A stretch of 64,000 nt of DNA from a bacterium (GCA_031441465.1 JANOEP010000013.1:18562-82561); one strand, 5' to 3'. Positions 44,975 through 57,243 are shown, numbered from the stretch's first letter. Notes: generated by a model from the letters alone, not told the origin. Made by a program: numbers and translations.

Positions 44975-47242
44975 TCACTCGACCAGCGACAGCTTGATCG
45001 CGATCCGTTCAGCGCCGGCGCACAACCGCGCCATGTAGACGCCTCCGGCCAGCGTACGGCCCGTATCGTCGCGCCCGTCCCAGTTCACGGCGACGGTACC
45101 GGCGGGTCGAACCTCGTCCAGCAACCTGCGCACGCGACGGCCTCGCGAGTCAAACACGTCCAGGGTGGCGCGTGCGGGAGCCGGCAGGAAGAACGTGATC
45201 GTCGTGCTGGGATTGAACGGATTGGGGCGGCACGGGAAGAGCGTGGCCACGCCGGGCGTCTCCCCATCGGAGCCGGTCGTCTGATTACCGGAGGGATCGG
45301 TGGGCGCCGACTCGTTGCCTGCAAAATCCACCGCCGAGATCCGGTAGTACGCCTGGAATCCTCCGTCGCCATCCAGCCAGGAGGTCGAAACGGTCATGTG
45401 GCCGGGGCTCCCGGGATCGATGACGAAATCGGGCGTGTCGCCGCGGTACACCTTGAAGTAGGCGAAGTCAGCATCCGGACTTACTTGCCAGGACAGGGCA
45501 TTGCCCGCGATCGCGTCGTAGTCCACCGCCAATCCTTGGGGCACGTGCGGCGCCAAATTGTCCACCGAGTAGCCACTGTCCGGCGCCGAGTCGAAGTAGG
45601 CGCCCGGCATCGCCGTCATCGCGCGGACGAAGAAGGTCGTGAAGTGCATGCCGTCCGCGATCGTGGAATCGGCAACCGTGGGCACGATCGTGGCGTAGGA
45701 CGCTTCCTGGAAGGCGGGCACGGTCTTCAGGTAGTCCCAGTCCCCGGGCGGGTAGGTCTTGTCGGTCGGCCCGGTTCCGCCAGTCGACGCCTTGTAGCCG
45801 CTGTCGATCCGGCGGAACACGGCGTAACCGGTCACCGGCGCGGAACTGCCGGCCGCGTCGTGACCGTCGCCGGCCCAGACGATCCGGACCTGTCGGCCCT
45901 GGTCGTGGGGAAGGTCCGTGACCGCGGTGATCTGGGCGGTCGAGGGTTGCCCCTGCTGCGACACCACGGCCCGCAGGATCCAGTCGCCGGACAGACCGAA
46001 CAGTTCTGACTCGTGCCAGCTCCCGCCCGTGAAGATGAAGTTGCGGTTGGCCGTGATGCTGCCGTCGTCGTCGCGTGCGATCGAGGGATAGCCGGAGTAT
46101 TGGAACTGCAAGCCCACGCGGAAGGCGCCCCCAATGCTGAGTCCCGCCCCTCCCAGGTCGATCGCCTGCAGGGCGTCGCCCCCGGTCAGCTGGACACTCT
46201 GGGAATACAGCTCCGTGCCGGGCGCGAGGGTGCCGGCCGCGTCGTCCCAGATCTTCAGGATCAGGGTCTGCTGGGTCGTCGCGCCGCCGAACAGCAACTG
46301 GATCGACTGGACGTCCCAGGGTTCCGCGTTCGCCGGGATGAAACGCGCCGCGGCGATCTCGCCGACGACGAATCCGCCCTGGAACACGGCGGTCGCTCCG
46401 CTGCTCCAGCCATCGTTGCTCAGGATGTCGGTCGCGACCCCGACGGGATGGATCAGCACGCCGTTCACGTCGGCGCCGGCGATCGCGCCGACGCCGTTCT
46501 GAACTTCGAACACTTGACCGGGCGGGGACGACAGGATCGTCACCGCGTAGGGACTGCCGTCGGGCAGCGGCGTGGCGAAGACGAAGGGGCCGTCGCTCGT
46601 GATCACCAGGTCGTCCCCGCCGTTGTTGCGCAGGGTGAGCGACCCGCTCAGGCCGCTGACCGCGCCGCCAACGGTGAAGAAGGTGCCGCCGCCGTCGGTT
46701 TCAGCGCGGATGATCCAATCGCCGGTCAGGCCGAAGAGACTGGACTGGTACCACGCGCCTTCGGAGAAGATGAAATTGCGACCGGCGGCAATGGTGCCGT
46801 CGCCGTCGCGGGCGATGCACGGCAGACCAGCCTGCGTGAACTCGACACCCACGCGGATCGGTCCGTCCACGGTGATGCCGGCGCCGGCGAGGTCGATCAG
46901 GTTGATGGCCTCGCTCGAACCCGTGAGGTCGACCGTCGCGGAGTAGATCTCCGCACCGGGCGCGAGCGTGCCGTCAGCATCATCCCAGACGTGGAGGATG
47001 ACGCTCCTCTGCGAGACGACCCCGCCGAACATCAACTGCACGTTCAGCAGCGGAAAAGATCCCGTCACTGAAGGCACCAGGCGCGCGGCGCCGATCTCGC
47101 CGGCCACGAAGCCGCTCTGGAAACCGAGGGCCTGGCCGGACTCCCAGCCGTCGTTGCGGAGGTTCTCCGCGGACGCCGCGGCGGCGAACAGGATCAGTGC
47201 GGACAGGCAGCAGACGACGGCGCGGGCACGTTGCTTCAACAT
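44975..47242 (-). CDS. secreted protein with two ~155-aa repeats, FN3-like and FlgD-Ig/CTD-like domains
   Basis: Signal peptide; NDGW.SG..GDWI.RA unit twice; PNPFNP..WDGRD. Confidence 0.8.
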   Translation of the reverse strand: MLKQRARAVVCCLSALILFAAAASAENLRNDGWESGQALGFQSGFVAGEIGAARLVPSVTGSFPLLNVQLMFGGVVSQRSVILHVWDDADGTLAPGAEIYSATVDLTGSSEAINLIDLAGAGITVDGPIRVGVEFTQAGLPCIARDGDGTIAAGRNFIFSEGAWYQSSLFGLTGDWIIRAETDGGGTFFTVGGAVSGLSGSLTLRNNGGDDLVITSDGPFVFATPLPDGSPYAVTILSSPPGQVFEVQNGVGAIAGADVNGVLIHPVGVATDILSNDGWSSGATAVFQGGFVVGEIAAARFIPANAEPWDVQSIQLLFGGATTQQTLILKIWDDAAGTLAPGTELYSQSVQLTGGDALQAIDLGGAGLSIGGAFRVGLQFQYSGYPSIARDDDGSITANRNFIFTGGSWHESELFGLSGDWILRAVVSQQGQPSTAQITAVTDLPHDQGRQVRIVWAGDGHDAAGSSAPVTGYAVFRRIDSGYKASTGGTGPTDKTYPPGDWDYLKTVPAFQEASYATIVPTVADSTIADGMHFTTFFVRAMTAMPGAYFDSAPDSGYSVDNLAPHVPQGLAVDYDAIAGNALSWQVSPDADFAYFKVYRGDTPDFVIDPGSPGHMTVSTSWLDGDGGFQAYYRISAVDFAGNESAPTDPSGNQTTGSDGETPGVATLFPCRPNPFNPSTTITFFLPAPARATLDVFDSRGRRVRRLLDEVRPAGTVAVNWDGRDDTGRTLAGGVYMARLCAGAERIAIKLSLVE

Positions 47243-47675
47243 GGCACTTTCCCCCCGTGAACGACTCGGCGCGTCAAACCAGACTTGATCTGTCTATCAT
47301 AGGCGATCACGGAGGAACAGCCGAACATATGAGAGGTCACAAAATATCGGTCTCGTAGGTGAGCTTGTTCAGGATGTGCTTCATCTGTGTCCTCCATGGC
47401 GGTCCGCCTTCAGTGTGCGGGGCGAGGATGCGGCTAGACCGCGCCGCATCGCCATAACATCTTGGAATTCATCACGATAAATGAGATCGCGCTCCGGGGC
47501 CACCCGCCGGTCGTGTTCCATGGCGGGCCTTGTCTGCGCGCCGGTGACCGACTGCCGCCGCAATCAGGATGATTTTTATACTATTTCGGGCGCCTTTCCT
47601 CTATGATGGTGTCGGCATTCGGAATGCGGCCGGCCTCGTCCGTCGCACCACCACGACCCTCAGCGGAGGCCCCAC

Positions 47676-48386
47676 ATGACCACCAGGCTCACGGTACGCG
47701 CCGCCGTCCTCATCACCCTGCTGCTGCCGCAAGCCGCACTGGCCGATCTCTGGGGCTGCGTGTTCACCAACGGTGCGCCATGCACCTGGATCTGCTTCGA
47801 GACAGACCTGGCCTGCGCCGACATCACGCTCTCCAACATCGGCATCCAGCAGTGCGTGGACTGTCCGATCGCCCCGGGCGGCGGCGTGGGGCTGCCGGGC
47901 GCCCTCGAGAACATCCATCCCGACCTGGACGGCCAGGTCAACCTGGGCTCCGGCCCGTTCCCGGGCAGCATCGCGGTCGAGGGGCGGATCCTCCACGACT
48001 TCATCATCACGCGCCCGCTCGGCGCGACGGTCAACTCCGGTCCGCTGGTGCGGGCCCTCGCCTTCGACGACGAGGGCAACATCTACACGGCCCTGCCGCC
48101 GACCGCCGCGATCGCGGGCTACGATCCGGATCTCCACGACTGCGCCCTGCAGGCCACCCGCCTCGGCGAGCCCCTGCTCAGCCCCTTCGACGGCTCGCCG
48201 CTCGGGATCACCGCCACCGGCGACGTGACCCTGTCGGTCCACGTCTTCGCGGCGGGCGACGGCGCCTCCCCGATCTCCGCGTCGTTCTTCGACGTCGACT
48301 TCGGCGGGCTGTCGTGGAGCTACTTCGGCAACGGCGCCGTCGCCAACGAGATTCGCAGTTGGGGCTCGCTCAAGGCGTCTTACTAG
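47676..48386 (+). CDS. secreted protein with WGxxK C-terminal tail
   Basis: Signal peptide; ends AVANEIRSWGSLKASY. Confidence 0.78.
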   Translation: MTTRLTVRAAVLITLLLPQAALADLWGCVFTNGAPCTWICFETDLACADITLSNIGIQQCVDCPIAPGGGVGLPGALENIHPDLDGQVNLGSGPFPGSIAVEGRILHDFIITRPLGATVNSGPLVRALAFDDEGNIYTALPPTAAIAGYDPDLHDCALQATRLGEPLLSPFDGSPLGITATGDVTLSVHVFAAGDGASPISASFFDVDFGGLSWSYFGNGAVANEIRSWGSLKASY

Positions 48387-48431
48387 CGCTATACTTCAGA
48401 CTGGCGATGCCGCCATCGCGGAGGACGGGAC

Positions 48432-49946
48432 ATGACACGCACCTTCGTTCACCGAATCCACCGCCTCCTGACGGCGCTGACCTTCGCCGCTGTGTGCGGG
48501 GCCGCGCCCGTGCAGGCGCGTATCGTCGAGGTCTCGCGCGACCCCACCTTCGGCTTGGGCCAACCGCCGGCGCAGCCGTCGGTCGCCGCGGCGAGCGGCT
48601 TCTGGGAGATCGACCGGGACGGGCCGTGCGTGACCCCGGAACAGCGCGCGGAGATCGGAACGTACCTGGCCGCCAACATCGCGGACCTGCGCGCACGCGG
48701 GATCCTGCCCGAGTCGAACGACAAGACCGCCGGCGTGCTCCTGCAGTGGCCGCTGCGGGCCGCCGCCGGCGTCGGCGATCCGGGCTACCACGGCATCTCG
48801 AACTACGTGGACCAGGACGCGACCTACCCGAACCACCTGCGCGACTACAACTGCGGCACGCGCACCTACGACCTGTCCGGCGGCTACAACCACGCCGGGA
48901 CCGACATCTTCACGTGGCCGTTCTCCTGGCTGAAGATGGACAACAACGACGTCGAGATCGTCGCCGGGGCCGCCGGCGTGATCGTCGGCAAGTACGACGG
49001 CCACTTCGACCACAACTGCGGTTTCGGCGGCGGCCAGTGGAACGCCGTGTACGTGCAGCACGCCGACGGTTCGGTCGCCTGGTACGGGCACATGAAGAGC
49101 GGCTCGACGACCGCCAAGAACGTCGGCGCCGCGGTGGCCGCCGGCGAGTACCTGGGCGTCGTCGGCAGCAGCGGCAACAGCACCGGTCCGCACCTGCACT
49201 TCGAGCTGTACGACAACCTGGGTCAACTGGTCGATCCCTGGAGCGGCGCCTGCAACTCCCTGAACCCCGACAGCTGGTGGGCCGACCAGCGCCCCTACTA
49301 CGATTCGGCGATCAACGCGCTGCGCACGCACTCCGCGCCGCCGGCGTGGCCGAACTGCCCCGGCACCGAGATCACCAACGAGCAGGACGACTTCCAGGCC
49401 GGCGACCTGGTCTACTTCGCCACGTACTACCGCGATCAGCTGCAGGGTCAGGTCAGCACCTACCAGCTCGTGAAACCGGACGGCGCGATCTGGCAGGAGT
49501 GGACGGCGTGGCTGAACGTCCCTCACTACGCCGCCTCATGGTGGTACTGGAGCTGGTACCTGCCGTTCGGCGAGGACGGCCTCTGGAAATTCCGCGTCAC
49601 GTTCCAGGGCCAGACGGTCGAGCACGTTTTCGGCGTGGGGGCGGCGACCGCCGCACCGGCGGTGGCCGGCGCCACCCGGCTTCACCCGGCCGAGCCGAAC
49701 CCGTTCAACCCCACGACGAACATCCGCTTCACACTGGGCGACGCCGGTCCGGTCGAACTGAGCATCCACGATCTGCAAGGCCGGCGCGTGACCACGCTGC
49801 GCGACGGCGTGCTGGACGCGGGTGAACACCTGGCCACCTGGGACGGCTGCGATCAGCACGGCATGACGGCGGCCAGCGGGGTCTACTTCGTGCGGCTGGC
49901 GGCCGACGGTCGCGAACTCGTGCAGCGCATCGCGATGATCAGGTAG
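48432..49946 (+). CDS. secreted M23 metallopeptidase with FlgD-Ig/CTD-like domain
   Basis: HAGTD, YGHM, GSSGNSTGPHLHFE; PNPFNP. Confidence 0.88.
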   Translation: MTRTFVHRIHRLLTALTFAAVCGAAPVQARIVEVSRDPTFGLGQPPAQPSVAAASGFWEIDRDGPCVTPEQRAEIGTYLAANIADLRARGILPESNDKTAGVLLQWPLRAAAGVGDPGYHGISNYVDQDATYPNHLRDYNCGTRTYDLSGGYNHAGTDIFTWPFSWLKMDNNDVEIVAGAAGVIVGKYDGHFDHNCGFGGGQWNAVYVQHADGSVAWYGHMKSGSTTAKNVGAAVAAGEYLGVVGSSGNSTGPHLHFELYDNLGQLVDPWSGACNSLNPDSWWADQRPYYDSAINALRTHSAPPAWPNCPGTEITNEQDDFQAGDLVYFATYYRDQLQGQVSTYQLVKPDGAIWQEWTAWLNVPHYAASWWYWSWYLPFGEDGLWKFRVTFQGQTVEHVFGVGAATAAPAVAGATRLHPAEPNPFNPTTNIRFTLGDAGPVELSIHDLQGRRVTTLRDGVLDAGEHLATWDGCDQHGMTAASGVYFVRLAADGRELVQRIAMIR

Positions 49947-50096
49947 TCGCTGGGGCGCCCGCCGCCACCCTTGCTGATCGACGACCGCTGATCCCGGCCG
50001 GGCGCGACGTCTCGTTGCTTGTTGCTTGCCGACCTCCTCAGGGTTCAGTACGACTTGTCCTGAGGGAAATCCGCAACTGGCATCAAAATAACACTG

Positions 50097-50127
50097 TTGA
50101 CGGCCAACCCTAAATGAGGACTACAAT
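50097..50127 (+). promoter_or_regulatory. possible sigma70-type promoter
   Basis: TTGACG-N19-TACAAT; spacer longer than consensus. Confidence 0.35.
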
Positions 50128-50236
50128 AGTCTTTGTTGCTGGCGGTCGTAGCCAAGCAGAGTGGTCCGGCCCGCCAGTGACGGGGAACAAGGCACGCACG
50201 CCGTTCCCGCCACACGTCACGCTTGGGGGTTCGACC

Positions 50237-51010
50237 ATGTCACGCAGTACGATGCGAACACGACCAACGACCTCGGCCTCGGGATCATGGCTGATCCTGG
50301 CCGCCGCCCTGATCCTGCTGGTCCCGCCCGCCTCCGCGCTCCCGCCCTCGAACTGCACCGCCCCAGACAACGGCACCGGCACGGCCGCCCTGCCGCCCAA
50401 CCCGTGCGGGTACGTCTCGCTGCAGCCGATGATGATCATCGACGGCCTGCCCCCCGGCACGACGATCGAGATCCAGTCCATGATCGACTCGTTCTTCGAC
50501 ATCACGTACCTCGCCGGCGGCATGCACGGCGGCGAGATCGAGCAGTCCCACGCCTCGATGTCGATGGAGCTGACGGGGAACGGCGATCTGGTCGGCTTCT
50601 TCCGCCCGGCGTTCTTCGACATCTTCTACGAATCCCATTCCGGACCGCGGACGCCCGGAACCCCCATCCAGTCGTTCCCGCACTCCCTGCACGTGATGCA
50701 GGGGCAGCTGATGCCGGGCGATCCCGACTTCGACCTGCTGCGGATCACCGCGGGATCCAGCTTCGGGATGCCCAGCCCCGGCCACACCACGCTCACCTTC
50801 GCCGGCGGCGGGGGCGGCGGCAGCGGCGGTTGGGCCGTCGACAGCTTCTTCGACATCACCTACCGGATCGACTTCATCGGCCGTCCTGGCGGATCCCTCG
50901 GCGGCATGTCCGGCAGCACCACCGGGACGATCCGCATGCAATGCGGCATCCCGAACACCGTCGCGAACGAGGTGGGAACCTGGGGAGAGGTCAAGGCGAT
51001 CTATCGTTGA
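50237..51010 (+). CDS. secreted DSFFDI-motif protein with WGxxK C-terminal tail
   Basis: Signal peptide; FFDI three times; ends TVANEVGTWGEVKAIYR. Confidence 0.8.
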   Translation: MSRSTMRTRPTTSASGSWLILAAALILLVPPASALPPSNCTAPDNGTGTAALPPNPCGYVSLQPMMIIDGLPPGTTIEIQSMIDSFFDITYLAGGMHGGEIEQSHASMSMELTGNGDLVGFFRPAFFDIFYESHSGPRTPGTPIQSFPHSLHVMQGQLMPGDPDFDLLRITAGSSFGMPSPGHTTLTFAGGGGGGSGGWAVDSFFDITYRIDFIGRPGGSLGGMSGSTTGTIRMQCGIPNTVANEVGTWGEVKAIYR

Positions 51011-51028
51011 TACCGAACGGATCGGAAT

Positions 51029-51063
51029 GAGGCCGTCCTCCACGCGGGGGGCGGCCTTCGCTT
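51029..51063 (+). terminator. probable terminator hairpin between convergent genes
   Basis: AGGCCGTCCTCC-loop-GGGGGGCGGCCT then TCGCTT. Confidence 0.5.
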
Positions 51064-51096
51064 GTCGGGGGCGCAGCAAAACGGACGCCTAAACGT

Positions 51097-52278
51097 TCAG
51101 GCCGTCGACTCCCGGAACAGCCCTCCCGGCGCGGCCAGATCCGCGAGCGGCACCGCCTCGACGCGGTCCGCCAGCGGATAGCGCCGGTCCCCGGGATGCA
51201 CGACCGACACCCGCTCGAGGCCGAGGTCCGCCAGCGCGATCCGGATCGAGGGTGTCATTCTCGGCGTGTCCACCCGCTTGCACTCGACGCCGAACAGTTG
51301 ATCGCCCCGTCGCAGGACCAAATCGATCTCCGCGCCCTGGTGTGTCGCCCAGAATGCCGCCTCGTCGTGGGGTTCCCGGGCGAGGATCTGCTCCACGACA
51401 AACCCCTCCCACGAAGCGCCGACCTTGGGATGGCCGAGCAGCGACTTCTCCGTGTCGATCCCGAGCAACTGATGCAGCAGACCGCTGTCGCGCAGGTACA
51501 CCTTGGGTGACTTGACTTGCCTCTTGGCCAGGTTGGCGTGCCAGGGCTGCAGTTGGCGGACCATCAGGGCGTCACCGAGAAGGTCGAGGTAGCGCCGGGT
51601 CGTCGATTCGCTCACCCCTAGTGCGCGCGCCGGCTCCGAGGCGTTCCAGATCTGGCCGTGGTAGTGGGCCACCATCGACCAGAAGCGGCGCATCGCGACG
51701 GCGGGCACACGCACACCCCACTGTGGCAGGTCGCGCTCGAGCAGGGCCCGGATGAACTCGCTGCGCCACGTCAGGCTGTCCAGCTCGGAGCGGGCCAGAT
51801 AGGCGCGGGGAAATCCACCGCGCAACCACAGTTTCCGCACGGCGTCCGCTCCCAGCTCGTCGAGCGAGAAGCCGCCGATGGAAATCCATTCCGCGCGACC
51901 GGCCAAGCTTTCCGAACTCTGCCGCAGCAGGTCGCCGGAGGAACTACCCAGGACCAGGAAGCGAGCCGGACACGGATGCCGATCTGCCAGCACCCGCAAC
52001 ACCGGAAAGAGCTCGGGCCTTCGCTGCACCTCGTCGACGACCACCAGACCCGAGAGCGACCGTAACGCCGTCATCGGCTCGTCCAGGCGAGCAAGGCCAG
52101 CGGGATCCTCCAGGTCGAAATAATTGAGCGCACCCTCGGACAACAGTATCCGCGCCAAGGTGGTCTTGCCGCTCTGTCGTGGACCCGTCAGCACCACAAC
52201 GGGGCTGCGGTCGAGAGCGGCCCTGATCCGGCTCAGGAGGGTGGGTCGTGCGATCCTCATGCCCAAGATTGTAATCAT
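51097..52278 (-). CDS. AAA_14 ATPase with DUF4143 domain
   Basis: GPRQSGKTT, DEVQ, RGGFP, KSPKVYLRDSG, EIDL..VECK. Confidence 0.9.
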   Translation of the reverse strand: MITILGMRIARPTLLSRIRAALDRSPVVVLTGPRQSGKTTLARILLSEGALNYFDLEDPAGLARLDEPMTALRSLSGLVVVDEVQRRPELFPVLRVLADRHPCPARFLVLGSSSGDLLRQSSESLAGRAEWISIGGFSLDELGADAVRKLWLRGGFPRAYLARSELDSLTWRSEFIRALLERDLPQWGVRVPAVAMRRFWSMVAHYHGQIWNASEPARALGVSESTTRRYLDLLGDALMVRQLQPWHANLAKRQVKSPKVYLRDSGLLHQLLGIDTEKSLLGHPKVGASWEGFVVEQILAREPHDEAAFWATHQGAEIDLVLRRGDQLFGVECKRVDTPRMTPSIRIALADLGLERVSVVHPGDRRYPLADRVEAVPLADLAAPGGLFRESTA

Positions 52279-52399
52279 GATATTCTTTCATATCAAGATG
52301 GATTTTCATGGTACACGCCCAGGCCTGGGACGACCCGCTGCGCCGAGCGGCTTCGCTCGGGGAATCTTGTAACTTTATATAATTCAACAATATTATAAG

Positions 52400-54112
<1,713 letters not shown>

Positions 54113-54203
54113 GGGGTCCTCCTTGATGCGATCCTACAGTATTTTGATTTGATTGGCATGATGGGTGTGAGATTCCGCCGCAGGCCGAACGAGGAGGCAG
54201 ATT

Positions 54204-54794
54204 TTGATGTTCGTCCAGCGAATGCTGGCGGCCTTGGCGATCTTGGCTGCGACCGCGGGGGGCGTCATGGCGGATTCAGGTGTGATGATCATCGATTTCA
54301 GCCGTGAGGATGGTCCGGCCTGGCGGCCTATCGACGACTTGGTGATGGGCGGAATCTCCAGCAGCCGCCTGCGTCCGACCGCCGAGGGAACTGCGCTGTT
54401 CGAGGGCGATCTCTCGCTCGAAAACAACGGCGGGTTCGCCTCGGTGAGTGCGGCGACGGGGTCCCTGGACATCTCCAAACACAGCGGCGTCGAGATCCGC
54501 GTCCGCGGCGACGGCAAACGCTACCGCCTGCGTCTGCGGACCGACGACCGCTTCGACGGCGTCGCCTACCAGGCCGGTTTTTCCACCCACGAACGCGAGT
54601 GGCAGACCGTGCGGTTGCCGTTCGGGGAGTTCCTCCCGACCTTCCGGGGACGCATCCTGGAGGGCGCCGAGTCTCTCGCCACCGATCACATCCATCAACT
54701 GGGCTTGATGATCGCAGACCGCCAGGCAGGTTCCTTCCGGCTCGAGGTGGCCTGGATCCGCGCCTACGGCGATGTGAACGCCGCAAATCCATGA
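54204..54794 (+). CDS. CIA30/NDUFAF1 family protein
   Basis: DD.VMGG.S.S, LENNGGFAS, RGDGK.Y. Confidence 0.9.
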   Translation: MMFVQRMLAALAILAATAGGVMADSGVMIIDFSREDGPAWRPIDDLVMGGISSSRLRPTAEGTALFEGDLSLENNGGFASVSAATGSLDISKHSGVEIRVRGDGKRYRLRLRTDDRFDGVAYQAGFSTHEREWQTVRLPFGEFLPTFRGRILEGAESLATDHIHQLGLMIADRQAGSFRLEVAWIRAYGDVNAANP

Positions 54795-54947
54795 GCGCCT
54801 GGCGGGTCAACCTCCGGGCAACGCCGCGTCTGCGGGTATCCCGACCATCTCGCCAGCGCGAAAACGACAGCCGGCGCCCTGGGGCGCCGGCCGTCGCTAC
54901 GGTCAACAGGGTCTGCTGAGGTCACAGACCGGTCGGGCTTCTCCCGG

Positions 54948-55706
54948 CTACCGGAACAGGGCCTTCACGTCGCCCCAGGTCGCGTCTTCGTTGGCGACGA
55001 TCCCGTCGCGCACGAAGCCGATGTTGACGCCGATCCCGTCGCCGCGGATCAGGCTCTGGTGCACGGTGATGCTCGACACCACGTCGTCGATGCGGACGAC
55101 GCCCAGCTGCGTGTTCCACCAGGGGTTGATCCCGCCGGCCATGTTCGTGATCGAGTTCTGCACGGCGAACGTGCCCGCGCCGCCGGTGAACTGCGAGGCG
55201 CCGGCGGTGACGTCGCCGATGTAGTCGCCCAGGAACGTGCCGTTCTGGTTGACGGTCGTGACCGAGGCGCCGCCGCCGAAGCTGGTGGTGGCCCCCAGGC
55301 CGATGGTGCCGACGTAGACCGAACCCGCCGGCAGCGAGCCCGCGAACGTGTAGGTGATGGTGGCCAGCTCCGGCCCGAGGTCGCCGGCCGTGAAGATCGT
55401 GCCGAAGTGCTCGTAGTTGCTCCACGAGTACGTATCCGGCCCGCTGACGACGTTGCCCACCGTGTATAAGGGGTTCTGGTTGCGGCCGTGCGTCCAGTGG
55501 GCCGGGATCGAGTAGGTGACCGTGACGTTGCCGATGCCCGGGACAAAGATCACTGCGCCGTTGGGCACGGGCGAACCGATCGCGGTCGGCGACATGTCCA
55601 GCCAGGTGATCGAGTAGACCGTCGCGAACCCGGCGGTCGGCCAGGAAGCCGCAGTGACGGCGAGGGTGAGGCAGAGAATGGTCAGGACGACTTTCAAGTG
55701 GCGCAT
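54948..55706 (-). CDS. secreted protein with WGxxK C-terminal tail
   Basis: AAGGAG RBS; signal peptide; ends IVANEDATWGDVKALFR. Confidence 0.8.
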   Translation of the reverse strand: MRHLKVVLTILCLTLAVTAASWPTAGFATVYSITWLDMSPTAIGSPVPNGAVIFVPGIGNVTVTYSIPAHWTHGRNQNPLYTVGNVVSGPDTYSWSNYEHFGTIFTAGDLGPELATITYTFAGSLPAGSVYVGTIGLGATTSFGGGASVTTVNQNGTFLGDYIGDVTAGASQFTGGAGTFAVQNSITNMAGGINPWWNTQLGVVRIDDVVSSITVHQSLIRGDGIGVNIGFVRDGIVANEDATWGDVKALFR

Positions 55707-55985
55707 GGGTGACTCCTTAGAGAATCGTGCGGGGTCTGCCCGAAAGGCGGCGCGGTTCTGCGTCGCGCGGACCAAAACAAAACCGATACGCTCTTATTAA
55801 ATCTTAACTGAGATGTGATGTCAATATCGTTAATATTTGTGGGCGCCCGCCGGCATTGCGTCGTGGATTTATTATGTGATAATTTGACGACAAATCCCCG
55901 AACAGAGGCCGTAGCCGACGTGTATCGGGCGATCGTGGTTGAACAGGCAGGTGGACTGCGAAGTGATGATCGCGGAATCGTCAGG

Positions 55986-56462
55986 CTAGCCGCCGAGCAG
56001 ATTTAGCAAGCCGCGCAGCCCCAGACTGACGCCCACCCCCAGCACCGCCCCGACCAGCACCTCGCGCGGCGTGTGCCCCAGGAATTCCTTCAACTTGTGG
56101 TGGTTGAGCCGGTGATCCGGCGCGAGCAGCTCGCGCACGATCACGTTCAGGGCCTGGGCCTGCAGGCTCGCAGAGCGGCGCAGGCCGGCGGCGTCGAACA
56201 TGGTGAGGAAGGCGAAGCTGGCGGCCACGGCGAAGACGGGCGAGTCCCAGCCGGCGATCAGGCCGACCGAAGTGCCCAGCGCCGTCACCGTGGAGCTGTG
56301 GCTCGAGGGCATGCCGCCGGTGGCGACCAGCAGGTCGAAGTTCGGGCGACCGAGCTTGCGCCAGTCGCGCCCGAACTTGATGAGCTGGGCGACGGTGTTG
56401 GCGACCACCAGGGCGATGATGGCCTCGTAGCCGGTGTCGCGGATCGTGATGGGGGCGCTCAT
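55986..56462 (-). CDS. divergent PAP2 (DUF212) family protein
   Basis: GGMPSSHS, DA.GLRR, LKE.LGHTP.EV. Confidence 0.9.
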   Translation of the reverse strand: MSAPITIRDTGYEAIIALVVANTVAQLIKFGRDWRKLGRPNFDLLVATGGMPSSHSSTVTALGTSVGLIAGWDSPVFAVAASFAFLTMFDAAGLRRSASLQAQALNVIVRELLAPDHRLNHHKLKEFLGHTPREVLVGAVLGVGVSLGLRGLLNLLGG

Positions 56463-56529
56463 GGGCGGCTCCGCGGGGTCGTGGGATGGGCGTATAGCGC
56501 GAGGCTGCGGCTGCGGACGTCCGGCCGGC

Positions 56530-57243
56530 TCAACGATATCTGGATTTCACCGCTCCCCAGCTCGACGGCTCCGACGCCACGGCGCCGGCGCAATCGACAC
56601 CGGTTTCAATCCTGGTGGCCACGACACATCCCCAACTGAACTCGGGAGGGCTGGCGTCCCAGGCTCCGTAGACGCTCACCACGGTGTTCGTGCCGACATA
56701 CGGCTCATATTCAGCCGGATCGAGGGTCACGACACCCACGGTCGGTTCTCCGGGGCAGATGTCCCAACAGTACCCTTCGCACACCTCGATGCCCAGCCGG
56801 CCGAAGGCGCCGATGTCCCGCAGTCGGCCGCGCAGGACCAGGGCGTCGCCGGAGCAGGATTCGACGGCGAACCAGGTCGGCGCTTCTTGGCTGCCGGTCA
56901 TGTCCACGAGACCGCCTTGAGGGGTCGATCCCTTCAGCGCGTAGCGGTAGGAAACCGTCGCGGACGGCACGGGATACGAAAGTAGATGGTCACCCATGTC
57001 GTAGCCATCCAGGAGGTGCAGGGGCTCCTCCGTCAGGACCACCGCACCGCCGCAGAGCCCCACCTGGCTGCGCTCCACCACCACGCCCAGCCAATCCTCG
57101 ACCAGTTCGTCGGCCCAGAAGCGGGCGCGGATGGCGACCGTCCCGTCGCTGACGCAGTGGGCCGTGATTTCCGCCGCCGTGGCGGATAAGGCAGATGCAG
57201 CGAGGATCAACAGGATGATCGTGATTCTGGAGATCGTGGTCAT
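56530..57243 (-). CDS. secreted Cys-rich protein with WGxxK C-terminal tail
   Basis: Signal peptide; ends AVASEPSSWGAVKSRYR. Confidence 0.78.
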   Translation of the reverse strand: MTTISRITIILLILAASALSATAAEITAHCVSDGTVAIRARFWADELVEDWLGVVVERSQVGLCGGAVVLTEEPLHLLDGYDMGDHLLSYPVPSATVSYRYALKGSTPQGGLVDMTGSQEAPTWFAVESCSGDALVLRGRLRDIGAFGRLGIEVCEGYCWDICPGEPTVGVVTLDPAEYEPYVGTNTVVSVYGAWDASPPEFSWGCVVATRIETGVDCAGAVASEPSSWGAVKSRYR

